This document shows positions 50,785 to 60,551 of a stretch of DNA of 64,000 nt, one piece after another. Each line of letters begins with the position of its first letter. The stretch's first letter is position 1. The stretch comes from a virus. The stretch is taken from IMG/VR virus record IMGVR_UViG_3300032285_001888, positions 1 to 64,000 of that record; one strand, 5' to 3'. The translations under genes were made by a program, and so were the position numbers. The notes below the pieces were generated by a model. It was not told the DNA's origin. It ran no database searches and saw only the letters and a list, made by a program, of their open reading frames with translations.

Positions 50785-51234
50785 TTAAATTAAATCTACT
50801 AAATCAAATACTGTTTGCAATTTAGTACGAATAGTTTTTGAACTAAAACTATTCCTTAGTCCCTGATGTAACGGTTTAGGAGTACGATCCATCGTAGCCC
50901 ACGCCCACCCCTGGTGTTCATCGCTTAGTACAGGAACGAATTCTGTGTCGATCACACACAAGTAGGTATGAAAGTTGAACACACGATCGTTGCTCACAAA
51001 GGTTTCTAAAGGAATAGTTTTGATTATTTTGGGATGACTACTGATTTCTTCAGTAATTTCACGCTGTAGTCCCTGCCAAGGCGTTTCGCCTGTGACATTA
51101 GTACCGCCTACTAGTCCCCAGGTGCCCTCATGTTTACCTGTGGCCTTTTGTAGCAGTAGAAAACGTCTTGTAGATTTGGCATAAAATAATGCTCCGCTAC
51201 AGACTATTTGTTCTTTTACAGTATGATTTTCCAT
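50785..51234 (-). CDS. Nudix hydrolase
   Basis: Nudix box WGLVGG....ETPWQGLQREITEEI, plus L..EH...W. Confidence 0.88.
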   Translation of the reverse strand: MENHTVKEQIVCSGALFYAKSTRRFLLLQKATGKHEGTWGLVGGTNVTGETPWQGLQREITEEISSHPKIIKTIPLETFVSNDRVFNFHTYLCVIDTEFVPVLSDEHQGWAWATMDRTPKPLHQGLRNSFSSKTIRTKLQTVFDLVDLI

Positions 51235-52685
51235 TGTGCGGCAGTATATTCACCCTCGAAGCTCTTGACCCATGAAACACCGTTCCATAGGTATTGAACT
51301 CCTGTGTATATATTCGTCTGCCATATCATAGTGTCGTGTTCTTGGTTACTGTTAAAAATAACTTGCCAAGCTGTTCCGGTATATTCTATGATGTCATTTG
51401 CATAAGCTACTAGTGGCCCCCACACTGTTGACGGGCTATCATTTATGCTACTGCCGATATCTTCTATGATAAGATAACGCTTGCCCGCAGTCATACCTGT
51501 AGGAATATAAGTTTGCGGATTAATAATAGCATCAAATGTTCCTGGGCTGTTTGGCCTACGACTAGCCGCGGCATTATAGTGTGTAATATCTGTGCTAAGA
51601 TATCCTTTACTATCAATACCGGTATTGCTAGGATACGTGTCCGGATTGTAATTAATCTGTAACAATTTCGTATCTAGACTATTAACTGCTATGGTGCCTA
51701 TAACAAAATTGCCACTGGGCTGTTGTAGATAAATCTGACTAGATCCCGCAGTATATTGCCCGGGATATCGTTGGAATAATTCGCTCCAATCAACCGCAGT
51801 TCCGGTACTTACAGGGATATCTAGTGTAGGTTCCATAGGAACATATCCGTCCGTACCATCATATAATCTGGCCTGTCCGTTATAGACCTGTATGGTATAT
51901 CCGGTGATAGTAGTAGTTTCTGTAGCTAGTAATTGTCCGAGACTAGGAGTAGTACCGTCTGTTTGAAGTGTAGGATCTATGCCAAGTCCTTCTATATATC
52001 CTGCAGGATACGCTGTTGATCCTTGATGTATATTGCTGATAATTTTTGTAATAACACCAAGATGTTTGACCTTAACTGGGGGACTAATCCAAATAGGTGA
52101 TTCTAAAGTTAAACTAGCAACATCTATAGCCGTGTCTGTTCCTTGTGGTACTTGTCGACTTGACCAAGTAGTATCGGTTAGATTTAGTACACTGATACTG
52201 GTCCAGTCGATATAGTTGTCTGTAGTTTGTATTTCAAGACTGGGATTAAACAAGACTAAAATCTGCTCCATGATCTGTAGTTTCTGATCAGTGCTTGATG
52301 CCCAGATATCACATTTCATTTTTAAATTAAATGGTGTAGGCATTAAACGTTCTACAGTATAGTTACGTCCTTGTGCCGAAGTATACTTACCTGTGGTGTT
52401 GTTTACATCACGCTCGCGGAAGTGTAGTTTGCCCACATAAGTTTGATCAGCTAGTCTATTACGATCTAGTTCTAAACCTGTTATATAAACTGATATGCGA
52501 GGTATGTTACTGATAGTGTTTTCTGAATTTTGATTTAGAATACTAGCAACTTGTCGATCTGCATCACCGTATGTTACAGGTACCTGATGTAGAGTACCGT
52601 CACCGTACTTGACTACAAAGTTACTGAATACACGAATCGTCTGTGTAAGATATCGTCTTATTTGCCCGTCGTAGAAAAACTGCAT
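51216..52685 (-). CDS. gp15: Tail sheath stabiliser/terminator (gp15-like) with C-terminal extension
   Basis: FFYD.QIRRY..Q..RVFSN...VPV.YG...PR.S...P.PF......IW.....K.QI.EQIL..FNP, ending WISPP.KVK. Confidence 0.8.
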   Translation of the reverse strand: MQFFYDGQIRRYLTQTIRVFSNFVVKYGDGTLHQVPVTYGDADRQVASILNQNSENTISNIPRISVYITGLELDRNRLADQTYVGKLHFRERDVNNTTGKYTSAQGRNYTVERLMPTPFNLKMKCDIWASSTDQKLQIMEQILVLFNPSLEIQTTDNYIDWTSISVLNLTDTTWSSRQVPQGTDTAIDVASLTLESPIWISPPVKVKHLGVITKIISNIHQGSTAYPAGYIEGLGIDPTLQTDGTTPSLGQLLATETTTITGYTIQVYNGQARLYDGTDGYVPMEPTLDIPVSTGTAVDWSELFQRYPGQYTAGSSQIYLQQPSGNFVIGTIAVNSLDTKLLQINYNPDTYPSNTGIDSKGYLSTDITHYNAAASRRPNSPGTFDAIINPQTYIPTGMTAGKRYLIIEDIGSSINDSPSTVWGPLVAYANDIIEYTGTAWQVIFNSNQEHDTMIWQTNIYTGVQYLWNGVSWVKSFEGEYTAAQWKIIL

Positions 52686-54145
52686 TAGAAGTCCGCCTTA
52701 GGTCTGAGTGCAGTGGATAGACTTGATCTTTCTGCTTCTCTTGTGTTATATAGTGTTACACTCCACTGTCCTGTAGTAGGTATGACTTGCTGTACGCCAT
52801 TGATCGTGGGTAAATTAATTCGCAAGCAAGCACTTACTGTGCCAACTGGGCTAGTATAATTATAAGAAGTGTATAAGGTTGTTGGATAATCGCTTAGTGC
52901 AAATCCTAGTGTAGTAGTACCACCTATCTTGACCACAGCATACTTGGCCACACTACCGGTAGCAAATAATATTCGTGTATTGATTACTGTGGCATTGATG
53001 GTTAGATTAACAACATCAGTAGCTACTTCACTGTTATAGGTGTAATTATTGTTATTGATGAAACTAGTCTTGAGTGTACTACGAGCATCAGTTTGTGTCA
53101 TATCCATGCGTACAGCATCCTCTACTTTGATCCAACTATTACCTTCGAATCTAAATAGTCTGTTAGGTAAAAAATCTGTTCGCAGATAAAAATCATTCTC
53201 TCCAGGATTATCCGGAAACTGTACACCAAACCCAAATGCATATCCGTTATCTGGATAACCATCACCTATTAAGTATCCAGTGTAACCAGTTCGAACAGGA
53301 ACGCCGGCATTTTCGTTAGCGAGATAATTTATCTGACTAGCATCTAATGATGATTCATCTGCTGTCTGCACTACAGGTTTGCCGGTAGCAGGATCTACTG
53401 CCAGTGTATAAAATTGACGAGTTTCGTATCCGCTCTTAGGCGCATCTGCTTGACCTTGTGCCACTACTTGATTACCCACATTCAACACAGTGTTATAATT
53501 ACTGAGTAACTCAGCTAGGGTGCTATTAGCACCGACAATAGGATCACCGTTGCTATCTGCTAATGGTGCATTGAATATAGATGTAAACTGTTGTTGATTT
53601 GCTACCTTCTTAAGTTTTAGTCTGTAGAGATGAGGCATCCAGGTTGCTGAAAATCCTTCGCTTGCACGGCCCACGTCAGTAACTTGATAGTATCTAGGCA
53701 AGCTGACATTATAATTATTCAGGGCAAAGTCATCACGCAAGTGTGGTAGTTCTAGTACATCGCCAGTAATAGGTTTACGCCCTAGTATTTTTTGTATGTC
53801 GTTAATATGTACAGTCATGTAGACTGTGTCGTTTTCAATAAAGAGTCCAAATTGACTTACGTTAAAATCAATATTTTGTACATTGTAAAGTCCACGGATT
53901 CTATAGATCTCTTTATCGTAAGTACGATCGCGATTTTCTAAAAACAATAAATCTTGAATATTTGTTACGCTAGTATTAGCATAGTTAGGTGTAGCCGCAG
54001 TGGCATTATCAGCAGTGGTATTAGCACCTAGGTATTTGTGCCAATAAACGTCGGTTCCGCCCACAGTAAACATCTCTGAGGCCTGTCGGTCAATGAACTT
54101 GTAGTCCTTGCCTTTTTCTGGTTTGTATAGGGATAAGCGTGGCAT
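52685..54145 (-). CDS. gp14: Neck/head-closure protein (gp14-like) with C-terminal extension
   Basis: G.DVY.HKY...D.LF.E...R.Y...SQFG.F...D...T........LGR.P..GD..ELP; located between gp13 and gp15. Confidence 0.7.
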   Translation of the reverse strand: MPRLSLYKPEKGKDYKFIDRQASEMFTVGGTDVYWHKYLGANTTADNATAATPNYANTSVTNIQDLLFLENRDRTYDKEIYRIRGLYNVQNIDFNVSQFGLFIENDTVYMTVHINDIQKILGRKPITGDVLELPHLRDDFALNNYNVSLPRYYQVTDVGRASEGFSATWMPHLYRLKLKKVANQQQFTSIFNAPLADSNGDPIVGANSTLAELLSNYNTVLNVGNQVVAQGQADAPKSGYETRQFYTLAVDPATGKPVVQTADESSLDASQINYLANENAGVPVRTGYTGYLIGDGYPDNGYAFGFGVQFPDNPGENDFYLRTDFLPNRLFRFEGNSWIKVEDAVRMDMTQTDARSTLKTSFINNNNYTYNSEVATDVVNLTINATVINTRILFATGSVAKYAVVKIGGTTTLGFALSDYPTTLYTSYNYTSPVGTVSACLRINLPTINGVQQVIPTTGQWSVTLYNTREAERSSLSTALRPKADF

Positions 54146-54152
54146 AGTAACA

Positions 54153-54172
54153 TATTTATCGATAGCTAAATA
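54153..54172. promoter_or_regulatory. Back-to-back divergent late promoters
   Basis: TATTTA (54153-54158; TAAATA on the minus strand, for gp14) and TAAATA (54167-54172, for gp13), 8 bp apart. Confidence 0.75.
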
Positions 54173-54190
54173 TAGTAAGAGGACAAAAAC

Positions 54191-54979
54191 ATGGCAGATT
54201 CACTACCGTCAAGTACCCAAAGTACATCAACTCAAGAACGTAATAAAGTGTTTGATTATGTTAAACTCATGCTGGGCGACGGTATGATAGAAGTAGAGTT
54301 GGATCCAGTACACTACGAAATGGCCTTAGATCGCGCACTAAATCGCATGCGCCAACGTAGCCCTAACGCTGTAGAAGAAAGCTACATGTTCTTAGAACTA
54401 ATACAGGACGAAAATGAATACAGATTACCTGATGAAGTTATTACAGTCCGTCAAGTTTTTCGTAGAGCTATCGGCTCAAGAACTGGTATTGGTGCAGGCG
54501 GTACTTTATTTGAACCGTTTAATTTAGCCTACACAAACACCTACTTGATGTCAGGTAGCATGATGGGCGGGCTAGCAACCTATGATGCCTTTGCTGGCTA
54601 TCAGAAACTAGTTGGACGTATGTTTGGTAGTTATATTGAGTTTCTCTGGAAACCTACTACACACATTTTAAATATTTTACAACGTCCTTTCGCACAAGGT
54701 GAACAGATCCTAGTGCAGACCTATAACTATCGTCCAGATTGGGTGCTTTTACAAGATCCCTATGCTAAACAATGGTTGCGTGATTACACACTAGCAACTG
54801 CTAAAGAAATGCTAGGTGAGGCACGCTCTAAGTTTGGGTCTATATCGGGTCCAAGCAGTCCTGTAACACTTAACGGCACAGCATTGAAAAGCGAAGCTAA
54901 AGAAATGATCGAAAAATTGGACAAGGAATTAGAAATGCTAGTTCCAGGCGGATCGGGCTATTATTTCGTAATAGGTTAA
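54191..54979 (+). CDS. gp13: Neck protein (gp13-like)
   Basis: Y....LG...I.VELD......A.D.AL...; WL.DY..A..K..LG..RSKF.....P...VTLNG..L..EA. Confidence 0.85.
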   Translation: MADSLPSSTQSTSTQERNKVFDYVKLMLGDGMIEVELDPVHYEMALDRALNRMRQRSPNAVEESYMFLELIQDENEYRLPDEVITVRQVFRRAIGSRTGIGAGGTLFEPFNLAYTNTYLMSGSMMGGLATYDAFAGYQKLVGRMFGSYIEFLWKPTTHILNILQRPFAQGEQILVQTYNYRPDWVLLQDPYAKQWLRDYTLATAKEMLGEARSKFGSISGPSSPVTLNGTALKSEAKEMIEKLDKELEMLVPGGSGYYFVIG

Positions 54980-54980
54980 A

Positions 54981-55196
54981 ATGACTAACGAAGAATATCT
55001 AGAAGCTTTAAAAAAATATAATCAATCAAAACAGCCAGTACTCACAGAAGAACAAACTTCAATGAAGTCTCGGATGTCTATTTGTAGGTCTTGCGAGTTT
55101 TTTAACCCTACACTAACTTTATGTAAAAAATGTGGTTGTGTTATGTCAATAAAAACATTCCTACCAAAATCCAAGTGCCCAGTTGGCAAGTGGTAA
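54981..55196 (+). CDS. Small Cys-rich (metal-binding) protein
   Basis: R..IC..CE......CKKCGC....K......CP.GKW. Confidence 0.7.
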   Translation: MTNEEYLEALKKYNQSKQPVLTEEQTSMKSRMSICRSCEFFNPTLTLCKKCGCVMSIKTFLPKSKCPVGKW

Positions 55197-55212
55197 TTTG
55201 AACTAAAAATTC

Positions 55213-55242
55213 TTGACCCCTGTAATAAAAGTGTTATATACT
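55213..55242 (+). promoter_or_regulatory. Sigma70-type early promoter within an inverted repeat
   Basis: TTGACC-N18-TATACT upstream of dNMP kinase; flanked by CCCCTGTAA/TTACAGGGG. Confidence 0.65.
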
Positions 55243-55265
55243 AGCACTACTTACAGGGGATTCTT

Positions 55266-55961
55266 ATGATCATTGGCGTATGCGGGTTTATTGGTTCTGG
55301 CAAAGATACTATTGCCGATTACTTGACTAACTTTCACGGATTTCGACGAGAATCATTTGCCAACAGTCTCAAGGATGCAGTAAGTCACGTGTTTGGTTGG
55401 GACCGCACAATGCTAGAAGGCCGCACAAAATCAGCTCGTGAATGGCGTGAACAAGTAGATCCATGGTGGGCCGAACGCCTAAACATGCCTAATCTTACTC
55501 CTCGTTGGGTACTGCAATACTGGGGTACAGAAGTATGTCGTCGAGCATTTCATGATGATATCTGGATTGCCGCACTAGAAAACAAACTTCGCAACAGCAA
55601 AGACGACATTGTTATTAGCGACTGCCGTTTCCCTAACGAAATTAAAAGTATTAAGGCCGCCGGTGGCATTGTTATCCGTGTAAAACGAGGTGATGATCCC
55701 GAATGGTACAATGATGCCGCAGACATGAACGCTGGAGATCGTTGTATGAATTGGGCACTAGCTAAAAATCGTATGGAAAAACTAGGAATACATGCTAGCG
55801 AAACTGCCTGGGTTGGAACTAAGTTTGATGCAGTATTAACCAACGATGGCACCATAGACGAGCTGATGACTAAAGTTAAAGATCTGGTACAAGATCACCC
55901 TGCTTCCACTTCACCCCTTCCTTATGTAGAACTCGCTGGCAGTTTGCACACACAGTCTTGA
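55266..55961 (+). CDS. Deoxynucleoside monophosphate kinase (T4 gp1-like)
   Basis: IIGVCGFIGSGKDT P-loop, FA..LKD, TPR..LQ..GTE..R, ISDCRF.NE, H.SE. Confidence 0.92.
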   Translation: MIIGVCGFIGSGKDTIADYLTNFHGFRRESFANSLKDAVSHVFGWDRTMLEGRTKSAREWREQVDPWWAERLNMPNLTPRWVLQYWGTEVCRRAFHDDIWIAALENKLRNSKDDIVISDCRFPNEIKSIKAAGGIVIRVKRGDDPEWYNDAADMNAGDRCMNWALAKNRMEKLGIHASETAWVGTKFDAVLTNDGTIDELMTKVKDLVQDHPASTSPLPYVELAGSLHTQS

Positions 55962-56202
55962 GATTAATGTGATGGCAGTTGTCTAGATTGCCATCAACAT
56001 GAAACACAGCAAATACTTCATTGTGGGCACTTTTAAACCCACATTTATCACAGCTATTCTTAATTCTATAGCCAGCACGATGCCAACGTGCTACTCCCCT
56101 ACCGCCAAGACATAGTTCGCATTTACGTCTATAGTAAGTGCGTCCGTTCTTGCGATAGTTAACAGCGGCAGGTCTTAGGCCGCATATACATAGTGGTCTC
56201 AT
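55876..56202 (-). CDS. Small HNH-like zinc-binding protein
   Basis: CxC and CxxC pairs, HVDGN..N....NLKTVCANC; preceded by a minus-strand TAAATA at 56208-56213. Confidence 0.75.
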   Translation of the reverse strand: MRPLCICGLRPAAVNYRKNGRTYYRRKCELCLGGRGVARWHRAGYRIKNSCDKCGFKSAHNEVFAVFHVDGNLDNCHHINLKTVCANCQRVLHKEGVKWKQGDLVPDL

Positions 56203-56269
56203 GCAAATATTTAAGCCTTTTTCGCCCCTTTTCTAGACGCTATAACTGCGCCAAAAAGTCCAAATGCCA

Positions 56270-56275
56270 TAAATA
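56270..56275 (+). promoter_or_regulatory. Late promoter for sheath/tube
   Basis: cATAAATAc upstream of RBS GGAG and ATG 56308. Confidence 0.75.
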
Positions 56276-56307
56276 CATTAACAGTATGTCATCATGGAGA
56301 TAACACA

Positions 56308-59300
56308 ATGGCTCAATTAAGTTCACCAGGAATAAGCGTAACGGTTGTTAACGAATCGTTCTACACACCCGCTGCCCCAGGTACCGTACCCCTAATCGTT
56401 GTTGCTTCGGCAGCAAACAAAATGAATTCAGCTGGAACAGGCATTGCTCCAGGAACACTGACAGCAAACGCTGGTGCAGTATATCTACTAACAAGTCAAG
56501 CAGACCTTGGCGCAACATTTGGTATTCCTTACTTCCAAACTGATGCTAGTGGTAATCCAGTTAATGCAGGCGAAACTAACGAATATGGTCTACAAGCGGC
56601 CTACAGCTTTTTAGGTGTAAGTAATCAAGCATACGTTGTTCGTGCTCCAATCGACCTCGGACAAATAACAGGTTCAACAAGCATACCAACTGGCAGTCCA
56701 ACTGCAGGAACATACTGGTGGAATACTACAGCAACAAACTATGGTGTTTTCCAATGGAATGCTGGCGCCGCTACTACAACAAACGGACAGACATTCCAAG
56801 AACAACAGTCAATTAATAACCTAACAGTTATCACTAACACAGCATATTTGAGCTCGTCAACAGGCTTAGATCTGTTAGACGTATATGATGCTCCTTTAGC
56901 TAGCTATGGTGCTCCAGGTAACTATGCAGTAGTAGCAAACAGTTCAGCTACAAACACAAACATTCTATGGTTCAAGTCTTACACTACAGCCAATGACGGA
57001 ACAGGCGGAACAACTGTTACCGCTAGCAACAGTAGCTGGGTACAAGTTGGTACACCAGCGTGGACAGCAAGTTGGCCAACAGTTACTACTACAGCCGCTA
57101 GCCCAACATTTACTGCTAGCCAGACTATCGTAATTAACACAAATACGATTGTCAATGCCGGTACGACTCTAGCAGGACTAGCCACAGCGATCAACGGTAG
57201 TGCGGCCCTAACCACAGCAGGTATTTCAGCTAGTGTTCAAAACGGTTTCTTAAACATCTATTCAACAGGTGCTCAAGTTACTATCGCGGCTGGTACTATG
57301 TCTCTAACAACATTAGGTATCACAGCTGGTACATATAATCCACCGGTGTTAACTATTGCTCCACACTATCAAGTTCCACAATACGGTAACTATTCATCAG
57401 GAATACTAACTGGTACAACTGGATTCCCAACAGGTAGCTTATGGATTAAAACAACCACAGTTAACCTAGGTGCTAATTTTAATATCGAATACTACAACGG
57501 CACAACTGCTAGCTGGATGCAACAGTCTATTCCACAGATTTATGCTAATAATCAAACAGCAATGGCTTCACTAGATCCACTAGGTGGCGGAGCTAATATT
57601 CCAGTTGGTCAGGTCTACATCAAGTATAATGATACAGAAGAAACTAGAACAATTAACAGTATCACATATCCGTCTTATGCTAACTACAAGGTTTTCTATC
57701 GCACTTCAACTGGCGCTACAACTGTAACGTCAAACATTATTACAGCAAGTACATTTACTAGTGGTTCAAACACAATCGTAGCTGTTTCATCTAGCCAGAT
57801 TGGCAGTGGTACACTAACATCAGCACCACAAGTAAGTGGCGCGGCTGTTACATTTACTGCTTCAGGTAATGCTACAACAGACGCACAGGCATTTGTTACA
57901 GCATTTAACAATGCTACACAAACACTAACTAACGTCGTAGCTAGCATCAATGCAAATAATCAAATCGTGATATCACATACACAAGGTGGTGATATACGCT
58001 TTACTGACGGTACTAATACTCCGATCAGAGCGGCCTTTACTACTAGCGGTACATTAGGTATTAGCAATTTCTTTGCCGCACCTAACTCAACAGGTAGCGA
58101 TGGCAAGTACTTAGTTTCTGCCTGGGCTAACACAACCACAGTTACTGGCAGTACTCCTTGGGTAACAGTAAGTGCAACAGCACCTACAACAACTCCAGCT
58201 AACGGTACACTATGGTATGATACAGTAATTACTGATCTAGATATCATGATCAATGATGGCTCACGTTGGAGAGGTTACTGCTCAACAGCAGGTAAGGTTG
58301 TAGTCAACCAAGGCGTAGGTTATGCAAATTCCGCAACTTCAACCGACATCAATGGTCCTATTATTTCAGCAACACAACCGACTACTAACTCAACAGGTGC
58401 TAGTTTACAGCACGGTGATTTATGGTTAAATTCAAGCAACACAGAAGCTTGGCCAACACTGTACAAGTATAATTCACTAACAAAAGCATGGGTACTAGTT
58501 ACTAACAGCGACCATACAACACAAAACGGAATTGTATTTGCCGATGCACGTTGGTACGATGACAGCACAAACTCAGCTAGCGCAAAATCAGGCGCCGCAA
58601 GTCCACAAACTGTTGCAGGCGCCGCAACTGGCACATTGATCACTAGTGACTTTGTAGACTTTGACGCTCCTAACCCAGCACTATATCCAAAAGGTATGTT
58701 GCTATGGAACCTACGTCGTTCAGGATTCAACGTCAAGAAATATGTAGTTGGTTACGTTAACACAGCCGCACAAAATACAATCGTAAATGGCGCAGGCGTA
58801 GCACCATACATGACTTACTACTATCCAGATCGTTGGGTTACAGCAAGTCCTAATGATTATCTAGGTGTTGGACAGTTTGGACGTAAAGCTCAACGTGCAG
58901 TTGTTGTAGCTTCACTAAACGGATTAATCAACAGCAATCAGAATATACGCAACGAAGACAGTCTTGTATACGACTTGTTATCTTGCCCAGGTTACCTTGA
59001 AACAACAAGTTCATTGGTTAGCCTAAACACAGGACGTGGTGGACTATCATTTATCATAGCAGATGCTCCAGCTCGTTTAACACCGGATGCAACAAGCCTA
59101 AATGCTTGGGGTAGCAATATCAAGAATGCTACAGGTGACGGTGAAGTTGGTTTAATCACAACTAGCGAAAACGTTGGTGTTTATTATCCATGGGCAGAAA
59201 CTACAGACTTATACGGTAATAATATTGCTGTTCCTCCAAGTCACATCATGTTACGTACAATCGCACTAAGTGACAACGTTTCTTATCCATGGTTTGCACC

Positions 59301-59832
59301 AGCTGGTGTACGTCGTGGCGGTGTAACAAATGCTAGTTCAGTAGGTTATGTAGTTGGACAAACAGGTGTATTCCAACCAACATCATTGAATACAGGACAG
59401 CGAAATACACTATCAACAATACAGGTTAATCCGATTACCTACATCGGTGGAACAGGTCTAGTGGTATACGGACAGTACACTCGTTCGTTAGTTGCTAGCG
59501 CAGTAAATCGTATCAACGTTGCACGTCTAGTGATTTATCTACGTTACCAATTGAATGCTATTGCTAAGCCATATGTATTTGAACCAAACGATACAATTAC
59601 ACGTAATTCGATCAAGCAACAAATTGAAAAATTATTGCTTAACCTAACAGGTGAACGTGCTCTATATGACCATCTAGTAGTATGTGATACAACTAACAAC
59701 ACTCCAAGCAGAATAGATGCTAATGAGTTGCATGTTGATATAGCTATTGAGCCGGTTAAGGCCGTGGAGTTTATTTACATTCCATTGCGTTTAGAGAACA
59801 CTGGCGCTATTGCTGGTTTAGGTAGCAAATAA
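56308..59832 (+). CDS. gp18: Contractile tail sheath protein with large inserted domains
   Basis: LSSPGISVTV..ES; PWFAPAG.RRG; VNPI; RINVARL; FEPND..TR; CD..NNTP.RID.NEL..DI.I.P.K..EFI.I. Confidence 0.95.
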   Translation: MAQLSSPGISVTVVNESFYTPAAPGTVPLIVVASAANKMNSAGTGIAPGTLTANAGAVYLLTSQADLGATFGIPYFQTDASGNPVNAGETNEYGLQAAYSFLGVSNQAYVVRAPIDLGQITGSTSIPTGSPTAGTYWWNTTATNYGVFQWNAGAATTTNGQTFQEQQSINNLTVITNTAYLSSSTGLDLLDVYDAPLASYGAPGNYAVVANSSATNTNILWFKSYTTANDGTGGTTVTASNSSWVQVGTPAWTASWPTVTTTAASPTFTASQTIVINTNTIVNAGTTLAGLATAINGSAALTTAGISASVQNGFLNIYSTGAQVTIAAGTMSLTTLGITAGTYNPPVLTIAPHYQVPQYGNYSSGILTGTTGFPTGSLWIKTTTVNLGANFNIEYYNGTTASWMQQSIPQIYANNQTAMASLDPLGGGANIPVGQVYIKYNDTEETRTINSITYPSYANYKVFYRTSTGATTVTSNIITASTFTSGSNTIVAVSSSQIGSGTLTSAPQVSGAAVTFTASGNATTDAQAFVTAFNNATQTLTNVVASINANNQIVISHTQGGDIRFTDGTNTPIRAAFTTSGTLGISNFFAAPNSTGSDGKYLVSAWANTTTVTGSTPWVTVSATAPTTTPANGTLWYDTVITDLDIMINDGSRWRGYCSTAGKVVVNQGVGYANSATSTDINGPIISATQPTTNSTGASLQHGDLWLNSSNTEAWPTLYKYNSLTKAWVLVTNSDHTTQNGIVFADARWYDDSTNSASAKSGAASPQTVAGAATGTLITSDFVDFDAPNPALYPKGMLLWNLRRSGFNVKKYVVGYVNTAAQNTIVNGAGVAPYMTYYYPDRWVTASPNDYLGVGQFGRKAQRAVVVASLNGLINSNQNIRNEDSLVYDLLSCPGYLETTSSLVSLNTGRGGLSFIIADAPARLTPDATSLNAWGSNIKNATGDGEVGLITTSENVGVYYPWAETTDLYGNNIAVPPSHIMLRTIALSDNVSYPWFAPAGVRRGGVTNASSVGYVVGQTGVFQPTSLNTGQRNTLSTIQVNPITYIGGTGLVVYGQYTRSLVASAVNRINVARLVIYLRYQLNAIAKPYVFEPNDTITRNSIKQQIEKLLLNLTGERALYDHLVVCDTTNNTPSRIDANELHVDIAIEPVKAVEFIYIPLRLENTGAIAGLGSK

Positions 59833-59844
59833 AGGAGAAATTAA

Positions 59845-60477
59845 ATGGCAATCGCGGCACTATCAAATTTTACAGTACCATTAGCTTCAGATCAAAGCGC
59901 AGGTTCACAAGGCATGCTAATGCCAAAGTTGAAATACAGATTTCGTATTTCATTTGAAAACTTTGGTGTAAGCACTCCTACAACTGAGCTAACAAAACAA
60001 GTTGCGGAAGCATCTCGTCCACAAGTTAAATTTACTGATCAAGTTATTGAAATTTACAACAGCAAGATCCACTATGCAGGCAAACCATCCTGGGAACCAA
60101 TCCCAATCAAACTACGTGACGATGTCACAGGTGCTGTTAGCAAGCTAGTAGGCGAGCAAAATCAGAAACAATTTGACTTTTTTGAACAAAGTTCAGCGGC
60201 TTCAGCAGGTGATTATAAGTTTACCATGCGTATCGAAATCCTTGACGGTGGTAACGGCAATATGGTTCCAAGCGTTCTTGAAACATGGGTATGCTATGGT
60301 TGCTATGTTGAATCAACTAACTGGCAAGATTTAAAATACAGCGAGCAAGGCCCTGCTATGATTGACTTGTCAATACGATTCGATAATGCAGTACAAATTG
60401 CTCCAGTTCCAGCTATCGGTAGCCCAACACCGGTAATGAACAATGCCAAAACTGGTAATAACGTACTAGGCGCATAA
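59845..60477 (+). CDS. gp19: Tail tube protein
   Basis: PKLKYRFR..F, RP...F....I..YNS....AGK..W.PI....RDD, ETW...GC; follows the sheath gene. Confidence 0.88.
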   Translation: MAIAALSNFTVPLASDQSAGSQGMLMPKLKYRFRISFENFGVSTPTTELTKQVAEASRPQVKFTDQVIEIYNSKIHYAGKPSWEPIPIKLRDDVTGAVSKLVGEQNQKQFDFFEQSSAASAGDYKFTMRIEILDGGNGNMVPSVLETWVCYGCYVESTNWQDLKYSEQGPAMIDLSIRFDNAVQIAPVPAIGSPTPVMNNAKTGNNVLGA

Positions 60478-60481
60478 TACT

Positions 60482-60504
60482 AAGCCTGCACTTGCAGGCT
60501 TTTT
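60482..60504 (+). terminator. Rho-independent terminator
   Basis: AAGCCTGCA-CT-TGCAGGCTT followed by TTT, after the tube gene. Confidence 0.85.
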
Positions 60505-60541
60505 ATTGACTACCCATTAACTACGCACTTTATACATAGAA

Positions 60542-60547
60542 TAAATA
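60542..60547 (+). promoter_or_regulatory. Late promoter (ATAAATA)
   Basis: 4 nt upstream of ATG 60552; no SD. Confidence 0.7.
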
Positions 60548-60551
60548 CTGT

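Noticed and set aside
38119-52215. Short plus-strand ORFs opposite the enzyme cassette as RiPP precursor peptides
   Set aside because: All are antisense to well-supported enzymes, with no leader/core pattern or RBS; the cassette has no free intergenic space for a precursor.
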